Shown piece after piece: positions 56,403 to 64,000 of a stretch of 64,000 nucleotides of DNA; the stretch's first letter is position 1; every line of letters begins with the position of its first letter. The notes under the pieces were generated by a model, which saw only the letters and a program-made list of their open reading frames with translations, was not told where the DNA came from and searched no databases. Made by a program: the position numbers and the translations under genes. The stretch comes from Thermodesulfobacteriota bacterium. GTDB taxonomy: Bacteria > Desulfobacterota > Binatia > Bin18. Location of the stretch: the NCBI GenBank assembly GCA_964291405.2, contig OZ219926.1, positions 576,001-640,000 of the forward strand. Direction: 5' to 3'.

Positions 56403-56475
56403 GGCCCCTCCTTTTTCCGATCTCTCTTTATTAGTCTTTCTGGAACAACATGCCGCTGCTTTCCGAATCAGGTCG

Positions 56476-57729
56476 TCAGGCACTCTCAGCCGTTGCCTTT
56501 TGGTACATCACAATAGGCTGCACATTGCGTGACACCACTTCTTCGGAAATAAGGACTTCTTTGATATTCGGCTGTGAAGGGATATCGTACATGATATCCA
56601 GCATGATGTTTTCCATAATAGCACGCAGCCCGCGAGCCCCGGTTTTTCTGGCTAATGCCTCACGAGCGATCGCAGTTAGCGCGCCTTCCGTAAAGCGCAG
56701 GTGAACATTCTCCAATTCAAAGAGCTTTTGGTATTGACGAACGAGCGCATTTTTTGGCTCACGCAAAATTCGGACTAACGCCTGATCGTCCAGTTCCTTG
56801 AGCGTCGCTAAAACGGGAAGACGGCCGATAAATTCCGGTATCATGCCAAATTTCAGCAGGTCTTCTGGTTGCACTTCTGTGAGCAGACTGCTCCCCTTCA
56901 GGTTGGTGCTTCGGACATCTGCCCCAAACCCAAGACTCTTCCCCCCAATCCGTCGTTGAATAACATCTTCCAGACCGACAAACGCGCCGCCACAGATAAA
57001 GAGGATATTCGTCGTATCCACCTGGACGAACTCTTGCTGCGGGTGTTTCCGTCCTCCTTTTGGGGGTACGCTCGCAACTGTCCCTTCAATAATCTTGAGC
57101 AACGCTTGTTGGACACCCTCACCGGAAACATCTCGCGTAATCGAAGGATTATCACCTTTTCGGGCGATCTTGTCGATTTCATCGATATAGACGATTCCCT
57201 TCTGACATTTCTCGACGTCATAGTCAGCATTTTGTAATAAGCTTAAGACAATATTCTCGACATCCTCCCCAACATATCCCGCCTCGGTCAGACTTGTTGC
57301 ATCACCGATCGTAAAAGGCACCTGGAGGAAACGAGCCAAAGTTTGGGCCAGGAGAGTTTTCCCTGACCCCGTTGGACCAAGAAGGAGAATATTAGACTTT
57401 TGGAGTTCTACCTCACTTGTCATTAATTGCGAGTCAACGCGTTTGTAGTGATTGTGGACGGCGACGGAGAGAATTTTCTTTGCTTGCTCCTGTCCGATGA
57501 CGTATTGGTCCAAAACACGCTTTATCTCTGCCGGCTTTGGGACGGTCGAGGATGCTGCCAGCGAGTCTTCCTGGTCACACTCCTCTGCGATAATGTCATT
57601 ACACAGATCGATACATTCGTCACAGATATAGACCGTAGGGCCCGCAATCAGTTTGCGAACTTCATCCTGACTCTTGCCACAAAAAGAGCAAACCAAATTT
57701 CCGGGACGATCATCGCCATTTCTGGGCAT
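56476..57729 (-). CDS. clpX: ATP-dependent Clp protease ATP-binding subunit ClpX
   Basis: CSFCGK Zn domain, [21 protein letters not shown] loop. Confidence 0.97.
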   Translation of the reverse strand: MPRNGDDRPGNLVCSFCGKSQDEVRKLIAGPTVYICDECIDLCNDIIAEECDQEDSLAASSTVPKPAEIKRVLDQYVIGQEQAKKILSVAVHNHYKRVDSQLMTSEVELQKSNILLLGPTGSGKTLLAQTLARFLQVPFTIGDATSLTEAGYVGEDVENIVLSLLQNADYDVEKCQKGIVYIDEIDKIARKGDNPSITRDVSGEGVQQALLKIIEGTVASVPPKGGRKHPQQEFVQVDTTNILFICGGAFVGLEDVIQRRIGGKSLGFGADVRSTNLKGSSLLTEVQPEDLLKFGMIPEFIGRLPVLATLKELDDQALVRILREPKNALVRQYQKLFELENVHLRFTEGALTAIAREALARKTGARGLRAIMENIMLDIMYDIPSQPNIKEVLISEEVVSRNVQPIVMYQKATAESA

Positions 57730-57940
57730 AGCTACTCCTTGGATCGTTTTCAGACCGCACGGTATAGGGATATGTGCTCCGGGTTAGCGTGGTGTCCCTC
57801 CGCTCGGAAGAAAAAACAGTATCCATACTCACTTACCAGTCCGTACTGGATAGCCATCAGATACATAGTGTCGCAGAGAGAAGCTTTCATCTTTCAGCCC
57901 AATCACACGGGGTGGAAGAGTTCTTCACCAAGGATCCATA

Positions 57941-59263
57941 CTAATCGTTTTCCTCGACACCAGCAACGTCTTCTTGGACCACTCGAACATGGGCCTTTCC
58001 CACAACCGCCTGAAGTGCCTTTTCTCTGCACAGTCGCCCTTGCAGCATCTGACGATTCCTCGGATCAGCGTAGAATGTCTCAATCTGCTGTTGCTGTTCG
58101 ACACTCGCCGCTCCAAAATCTTCAATCTTTAGATCAACCTCTTCCTTCGTGCTTGTGATACCGAGTTGCTCTACCAGTGCATCAAGGAGCAGTGTCGTCT
58201 CAATCTGTCGCTTTGCCCGCTGGGAAAAATCCTCGCGTATGGCCTCAGGAATAGTCGGGTCATCAAAGCTGACATTACTCTGTCCCTGCATGCCCGACTC
58301 AACGAACAACTGTTGCGCTTGTTCACGAATAAGGCCAGGGGGGACCTCAAAGGGATTTTTGTTGAGGATTTGGCTCAGTACAGCGTCATGCATCTGCCCT
58401 TCGGCTGTCCGCTCCGCCATCTGTTCCATATTCTCCCGAATCTTGGCGCGTAACTCTTCAAGGGTATCACACTCTCCGTGGTCTTTCGCAAACTCATCGT
58501 CTAAAAGCGGGACTTCCTTTTGGGCAATATCGTGTATGGTGACGTGAAAGGTAGCAGTAGGCATAGCTTCCTGCTGATCGGATTCTGTCTCTTGAGGTCC
58601 CTGAGGCAATGGCAATGAAAATTCAACAGCCTGTCCTTTCTTGACACCAGTGAGCTGCTCTTGAAACCCAGGCAGGAGCGACTCTTTGCCCAACTCAACC
58701 AATCGGCCCTTTCCTTCGAGCCCCGGAATGGCTCGCCCGTGCTGTACGGCCCGGTAATCCAGGGTGACAACGTCTCCCGACTCAACCTGCTCTCGATCCG
58801 TTACGGGGTGAAGCTGAGCAAAAGATTCGGCAAGTCGCGCTAAGGACTTGTCGACCTCCTGCTCCGCTACTGACGAGATCACTTTGTCAACCGCTATCCC
58901 CTCGTAATCAACGTTCTTGACCTCAGGCTTCGTCTCAACCGTCGCTGAATAACAGAAAGGGTTTCCTGCGACCAAGCGCTCAGTCACAATCTGAGGCTTT
59001 GTCACAATAGCAAGTTCGTGCTCCTCTATTGCTTTGGTAAGAGACTCCTCAACCAGAGAGGAACTCACTTCTGCAGCGATCTCTTCTCCAAAGCGACGTT
59101 CGAGCACCTGCCTTGGCACTCGCCCAGCACGAAAGCCTTTCAGTTGAACGCGGTTTTGATAGGTTCGATACACCTTGTCCAGTCCGGCTTGGACTTGATC
59201 TGCAGGAATCTCGAAAGCAATTTTTTGCTGGACCGAACTCAGCCTCTCAATCGAAATCTTCAT
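57941..59263 (-). CDS. tig: Trigger factor
   Basis: GFRAGRVP ribosome-binding motif, FKBP domain (PGF.EQL), LDDEFAK. Confidence 0.93.
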   Translation of the reverse strand: MKISIERLSSVQQKIAFEIPADQVQAGLDKVYRTYQNRVQLKGFRAGRVPRQVLERRFGEEIAAEVSSSLVEESLTKAIEEHELAIVTKPQIVTERLVAGNPFCYSATVETKPEVKNVDYEGIAVDKVISSVAEQEVDKSLARLAESFAQLHPVTDREQVESGDVVTLDYRAVQHGRAIPGLEGKGRLVELGKESLLPGFQEQLTGVKKGQAVEFSLPLPQGPQETESDQQEAMPTATFHVTIHDIAQKEVPLLDDEFAKDHGECDTLEELRAKIRENMEQMAERTAEGQMHDAVLSQILNKNPFEVPPGLIREQAQQLFVESGMQGQSNVSFDDPTIPEAIREDFSQRAKRQIETTLLLDALVEQLGITSTKEEVDLKIEDFGAASVEQQQQIETFYADPRNRQMLQGRLCREKALQAVVGKAHVRVVQEDVAGVEEND

Positions 59264-59324
59264 ACAGCAACAACCTATTGCGAATATCAACAGAGTTCTT
59301 CATACCACTCGGACAAGACATGCG

Positions 59325-59409
59325 TGCGAGAGGGGGGACTTGAACCCCCATCCGCTTCAAGCGGACTAGATCCTAAGTCTAGCGCGTCTGCCAATTTCGC
59401 CACTCTCGC
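59325..59409 (-). tRNA. tRNA-Leu(TAG)
   Basis: GCGAGAG acceptor, CTTAGGA loop, long variable arm. Confidence 0.95.
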
Positions 59410-59430
59410 ATATGTCCTCGCCGAGGGTGA

Positions 59431-59503
<73 letters not shown>

Positions 59504-59595
59504 ACGGGCACCATAACTACTATTCTTAGCCATGGCAACCGGAGCCGTGGCCGTGCATGTCAGTAGAATATCAGGCGATGGAGTGAAGGGGATAA

Positions 59596-59669
59596 GGTGG
59601 GTGAAGGGACTTGAACCCTCGACTCCTGGGACCACAACCCAGTGCTCTACCAACTGAGCTACACCCACC
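59596..59669 (-). tRNA. tRNA-His(GTG)
   Basis: G-1:C73 pair, TTGTGGT loop. Confidence 0.94.
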
Positions 59670-59672
59670 CTA

Positions 59673-59746
<74 letters not shown>

Positions 59747-59759
59747 CCTCAAGGTCTAG

Positions 59760-59794
59760 ACTGTCAGGAGCGTTGACCTATTCCTCCTGACAGT
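59760..59794. repeat. 11-bp perfect inverted repeat in the tRNA-Pro/tRNA-Arg spacer
   Basis: ACTGTCAGGAG (59760-59770) and CTCCTGACAGT (59784-59794). Confidence 0.8.
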
Positions 59795-59803
59795 AAAATC
59801 GTA

Positions 59804-59877
59804 TCGGGGCGAGCCGATTTGAACGGCCGACCCCCTGCTCCCAAGGCAGGTGCGCTACCAGGCTGCGCTACGCCCCG
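59804..59877 (-). tRNA. tRNA-Pro(TGG)
   Basis: CGGGGCG acceptor, CTTGGGA loop. Confidence 0.95.
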
Positions 59878-59928
59878 ACATGGCTCAGTTCCCGTTCAAC
59901 GTGAGGGTTGCGACGTTCTCGCCTCCCT

Positions 59929-59957
59929 AGCCTAACATGCCGTCAAAGGCTGGACAA
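59929..59957 (-). promoter_or_regulatory. Putative sigma70 promoter for the tRNA-Pro cluster
   Basis: TTGTCC, 17-nt spacer ending TGT (extended -10), TAGGCT. Confidence 0.5.
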
Positions 59958-59994
59958 ATCGAGTCCTGTTCCCGTTCCAACGCCTACGTGTTCG

Positions 59995-61509
59995 CTAACT
60001 GCCTAAGAAAAAACGCGTCGAGCGGTCAGCAAAGTCGAAAACAGGTGCCCAATACACCCCGAGGACAACAGTCCCCACACTCAAAATTGCGAGTAAGGAC
60101 CCATTATGGGGGTCGAGCGCAACCTCACCTTCCGCGTCAGACGGCTCATCAAGGAACATCGTCTTAACAATGCGCGCATAATAATAGAGGGACACGACAC
60201 TGTTCAATATCCCAACCACCGCAAGCCAATAGAATTGGCCCTTCACCACCGCCGCAAAGAGATAGAATTTTCCAATAAAACCAGCGAGCGGAGGCAGACC
60301 CGTGAGCGAAAAGAGGAAAATTGCCATGGCTACCGCAGGCAAAGCGCCTCCTCTCCAGGCAAGCCCACGAAAGCCTTCTAAGTCTTCACGGCCCGTATTA
60401 TTCGCCACCACCATGACGACGATAAACGCCCCAAGGTTCATCAAGTAGTAGACGACGATGTAGAACAGCATGGCCCGCAGCCCCTCGTCGCTGAGCACGA
60501 CAAAGCCCATGAGGATGTAGCCGGCGTGGGCGATACTGGAATAGGCTAGGAGACGCTTCACATTAGACTGGTTCAGGGCGGCAAGGTTCCCAAGCGTCAT
60601 CGTCACCATCGCTACAATAAGCATGAGTTGTGGCCACTCGACACCGGGGACGAATTGCCACATGCCAGCGTCTCCACTTTGAGACAGTGCTGGATAGAAA
60701 AATCTCATCAGGAGAGCGAAGCCCGCCGCCTTTGAGCCGACCGAAAGAAAGGCGGTCACAGGAATGGGAGCCCCGTGGTAGACATCGGGGGCCCACATAT
60801 GGAAGGGAACCGCGGCAATTTTATAGCCGAATCCGGCCAACATAAGGACAAGGGCGATAAATAATGTGAGTTGATCTGGAGCATTTTGCAGCAGCGCCGC
60901 GTTAATTTCCGCATAATCCAGGCTTCCGGTCAAACCAAAGATCCAGCTCATGCCATAGATCATGGTCCCCGAGGCGACACCGCCATAAATGAGATATTTT
61001 AGCGCAGCTTCTCCAGATCTTCGATTTCGTGTCAAATATCCCGTAAGCACATAGGATGTCAGACTGACGAACTCTAAAGACAGATAGGCCAGGAGCAGAT
61101 TCGTTGCCGAGGCCATGAAAAACATACCGAGCCCGCTCGCCAGTAAAATTCCATAGTATTCACCCTGATTCGGGCCGTTAATCTCCCGCGAGCCAAGGGA
61201 CATCCAGACGACTCCTACTACGGATAAGGAAAGAATCACCTTAAAGAAAATGGCAAAACTATCCAGCGCAATCATGCGATGAAACAGCCATCCTTCCCCG
61301 GCTCCTTGTAGTCCTTCGATAAAACGGACGCCAAAGAAAGACAGGCCCGAAGTAAAGACCAGGGCCAGAGCGGCTCCAACCAGGGCAATATTGCCGAGCC
61401 GCTCCTTATCCTCCACACATAGGTCTACAAGAAAAATCGCCAGAATGGAGAGAACAAGAATCCCTTCAGGGTAGAGATATGCCAAGCTTTCAATACTGCC
61501 GAGGTTCAT
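59995..61509 (-). CDS. nuoN: NADH-quinone oxidoreductase subunit N
   Basis: EAALKY, K.AAVPFHMWAPDVY.GAP, KRLLAYSSIAHAGY, GLPPLAGF.GK. Confidence 0.95.
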   Translation of the reverse strand: MNLGSIESLAYLYPEGILVLSILAIFLVDLCVEDKERLGNIALVGAALALVFTSGLSFFGVRFIEGLQGAGEGWLFHRMIALDSFAIFFKVILSLSVVGVVWMSLGSREINGPNQGEYYGILLASGLGMFFMASATNLLLAYLSLEFVSLTSYVLTGYLTRNRRSGEAALKYLIYGGVASGTMIYGMSWIFGLTGSLDYAEINAALLQNAPDQLTLFIALVLMLAGFGYKIAAVPFHMWAPDVYHGAPIPVTAFLSVGSKAAGFALLMRFFYPALSQSGDAGMWQFVPGVEWPQLMLIVAMVTMTLGNLAALNQSNVKRLLAYSSIAHAGYILMGFVVLSDEGLRAMLFYIVVYYLMNLGAFIVVMVVANNTGREDLEGFRGLAWRGGALPAVAMAIFLFSLTGLPPLAGFIGKFYLFAAVVKGQFYWLAVVGILNSVVSLYYYARIVKTMFLDEPSDAEGEVALDPHNGSLLAILSVGTVVLGVYWAPVFDFADRSTRFFLGS

Positions 61510-61536
61510 GGCATGCTTTCTCTCTCGTTCAACACG

Positions 61537-63108
61537 CTAGCGTAGCGCAACTGCCGCAGCATCAGGACTATTCGTGCTTGCAGACAGCACGACCTCGTTG
61601 AGCCCCTGGAGCGAGACATCGAGCAAGTCCAGAACGGCGTGCGGATAAAATCCCAGAATTACAACAATAGCCCCGAGCGGGACCAACATACACAGCTCTC
61701 TCGTATTGATTTCTGAGAGGTGCATGTCTGCATACTCCTCACGTGGTTTTCCGAGAAACATTTGTTGGATCGTCCACAGCAGATAACTCGCTGTAATAAT
61801 GACGGTCAGAGCGCCGAGTAAGGTGGGAATTTTATGCGTATGCCATGCACCGAGGAGGCACAGGACTTCAGAAATAAAGGCCGACAGACCAGGCAGGCCC
61901 ATAGCCGCGAAAAAAGCCAGACCCATCACGCCAGTATAGACCGGCATCACAGAAGCTAAGCCACCAAATCCATCAATGCGCCGGTGGTGGGCCCGATCAT
62001 AGATCACTCCAACAATGAGGAAGAGCATGGCGGTAATCGTTCCATGATTGAACATCTGTAAGACCGCACCGTTGATCCCTTGCGGGGTAAACGATGCCAT
62101 CCCCAACATGACATATCCCATGTGGCTGATGCTGGAATAGGCCACGAGTTTTTTCAAATCCTTGGGCTCAGTAAAACACTGGGATAAGGCACAGAAGGCT
62201 CCATAGACGATGTTCCATGCACCTAAGGCGGCCAAGCAGTACGGTGCGAAAAAGAAGGTTTCTGCCGGAAGGAGAGGATAATTCACCCGTAAAATCCCAT
62301 ACGTTCCCATTTTCAGGAGAACCCCAGCCAGAATAACGGAGATTGCGGTGGGCGCTTCGACGTGTGCGTCAGGCAGCCATGTATGGAAGGGAAAGGCCGG
62401 AATTTTTACGGCAAAGTTCACAAAGAGCGCGAGCCACATGATTTGCGGCAAAGAGAAGCCAAACAGGAGCGGCTCGGTCTGAAAATGCTGCGCCACGGCC
62501 GGGAGTTGGGTCAAATCAAAAGTGTATCCAACGCCTTCGATGGCCCCGGCTTGAAAATAGAAGACCAGCATACAGACCAACATCAGCGCACTGCCAAGCA
62601 TCGTATACAGGAAAAATTTAATTGCAGCATATTCCCGCCGCGGCCCGCCCCAGATGCCAATCAGGAAATACATCGGCAGCAGCATCAATTCCCAGAAGAT
62701 GAAGAACAGGAAGAAGTCCATGGCGCAGAAAACACCCGTCATGGCCGTATCCAGCAGCAAGAAAAGGGCGAAATAACCCTTCTCAGCCCGCTCAATATTC
62801 CAAGAGGCCAGAATGCAAATCGGGCATAGAAAGGCAGTCAGCAAAACCATCGATATACTGACGCCGTCGACGCCGACAAAATAGCGAATATTGAATGACT
62901 CAATCCACGGGACGTTCACAACAAATTGGAGCGCGGTGGTCGTGGTATCAAAGTTCTGGTAGAGCCAGATGCCCAAAAAGAACGCCGGCAGGGTAAAAGC
63001 AAGCGCCGTCCATCGAATTAAATCTTTTGCTTGGCTCGGCAGGCAGAAGACAGCGACCATGCCCGCCAGAGGAAAGAAAATCATTAAGGTGAGAATAGAG
63101 GACTCCAT
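61537..63108 (-). CDS. nuoM: NADH-quinone oxidoreductase subunit M
   Basis: FWELML.PMY, HTWLPDAHVEAPT, LLKMG.YG, GLPGLS.F.SE. Confidence 0.95.
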   Translation of the reverse strand: MESSILTLMIFFPLAGMVAVFCLPSQAKDLIRWTALAFTLPAFFLGIWLYQNFDTTTTALQFVVNVPWIESFNIRYFVGVDGVSISMVLLTAFLCPICILASWNIERAEKGYFALFLLLDTAMTGVFCAMDFFLFFIFWELMLLPMYFLIGIWGGPRREYAAIKFFLYTMLGSALMLVCMLVFYFQAGAIEGVGYTFDLTQLPAVAQHFQTEPLLFGFSLPQIMWLALFVNFAVKIPAFPFHTWLPDAHVEAPTAISVILAGVLLKMGTYGILRVNYPLLPAETFFFAPYCLAALGAWNIVYGAFCALSQCFTEPKDLKKLVAYSSISHMGYVMLGMASFTPQGINGAVLQMFNHGTITAMLFLIVGVIYDRAHHRRIDGFGGLASVMPVYTGVMGLAFFAAMGLPGLSAFISEVLCLLGAWHTHKIPTLLGALTVIITASYLLWTIQQMFLGKPREEYADMHLSEINTRELCMLVPLGAIVVILGFYPHAVLDLLDVSLQGLNEVVLSASTNSPDAAAVALR

Positions 63109-63158
63109 AACGGCTCCTTACCGCACATCCACACAAGGGGCTTGATAAAAAGTCTGAT

Positions 63159-64000
63159 TCACCGGAGCTCCGAGACTCCCTCTTTTGTGAACATCAGACG
63201 CCACTGGATTCGTCTGGTGGAGAGCCACAGCGCTATTCCGACCACGATCACCAGGGAGAGAAATACCATCACGACAGGGAGTAATGTGTCCACTCCCACA
63301 CGCGGTAAGAATTGGGAGACGGCAATCGCACCAACAATGACATACAGATAAATACTGAGATTGCCGGTCTGGATTTGGCGTAGCCGATTGCCGATACCAA
63401 AAGTGACATCGGCCAGCCCATTCACCAGCCCATCAATGATGTAATGATCAAATCGACCAACCGCCCAGCCTACCACGCCGGTCACTTTGGCAACGCCATT
63501 CACGATAAAGTCAATGACATTCCGATCAAAGGCGGAGCATAACCAGCTGACCACCAGGGTCCCTCGGACGGCGGTCGCATGGTAGAGTTCGTCAACATAG
63601 TATTTGTTGAACACGGCTTGATACGGGACACCGCCTCCGACCGCAGTAAACGTGTCGGCGGATAGGGACTGCCGATAGTAAATCAGATACGCGAGGAATA
63701 TTCCGACGGCCGCAATGCCAACGGAAGCTACCATCAGGACATACTCGATCACCTCAATATGGTGATGAGCAGCATGGCCACCGCCATGACCACCGGCAAA
63801 GACGGGCTCTAACCAGTGCTCCAGGATATTGCTCCCGCCGAGAGCGGGGGGTACCCCAAGAAAACCGGCAAAGAGCGCACCCACGGCAAGAACAATTAAG
63901 GGGTAGGTCATCACTGGAGGGGATTCATGCAAATGCTCTTTGGTGTGCTCATCGGCACGATTCTCCCCAAAAAACACCATAAAAACCTGACGAAACATAT
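63159..64000 (-). CDS. nuoL: NADH-quinone oxidoreductase subunit L, 3' part (5' end outside the window)
   Basis: MFR...VF.G, HESP..M..PL, KYYVDELY, QTG; directly upstream of nuoM-nuoN. Confidence 0.92.
   Translation of the reverse strand, partial: MFRQVFMVFFGENRADEHTKEHLHESPPVMTYPLIVLAVGALFAGFLGVPPALGGSNILEHWLEPVFAGGHGGGHAAHHHIEVIEYVLMVASVGIAAVGIFLAYLIYYRQSLSADTFTAVGGGVPYQAVFNKYYVDELYHATAVRGTLVVSWLCSAFDRNVIDFIVNGVAKVTGVVGWAVGRFDHYIIDGLVNGLADVTFGIGNRLRQIQTGNLSIYLYVIVGAIAVSQFLPRVGVDTLLPVVMVFLSLVIVVGIALWLSTRRIQWRLMFTKEGVSELR

Overview
This is a bacterial core-genome window. Protein styles (Lon, L3, NuoLMN, RpoA tail) suggest a deltaproteobacteria-like organism such as Binatota or Myxococcota; this is inference only. 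Positions 1-8977 (+) hold an LPS-core cluster (GT9 tail, sulfatase-fold protein, LPS-kinase::GT2 fusion, GT4, rfaE1) running into yicC-gmk-rel. Almost everything else is on the minus strand: nuoL(partial)-nuoM-nuoN; tRNA-Pro/Arg/His/Lys/Leu-tig-clpX-lon; tRNA-Val/Asp-rplM-rpsI; rlmB; tRNA-Thr/Tyr/Gly/Thr-tuf-rpmG-tRNA-Trp-secE-nusG-rplKAJL-rpoBC-rpsLG-tuf-S10-spc-alpha; then SPOR-trpDCFBA-accD-folC-lptD-rfaE2-rpmB. The exception is lptFG on the + strand. I saw no mobile elements, CRISPR arrays or rRNA. The most notable observations are: (1) NuoL has an exact 26-aa duplication in its lateral helix, the hallmark of 2M complex I, yet only one nuoM follows, and NuoL also has an extra C-terminal TM helix; (2) fusA is replaced by a sigma70 promoter and a structured leader ahead of tuf-S10; (3) the tRNA operon leader carries a tandem repeat antisense to the tRNA D-arm; (4) the two tuf copies look identical and have extreme G-ending codon bias; (5) the LPS cluster has a kinase-glycosyltransferase fusion and a Thr-type sulfatase-fold enzyme; (6) clpP, adk and infA are missing from their usual slots.
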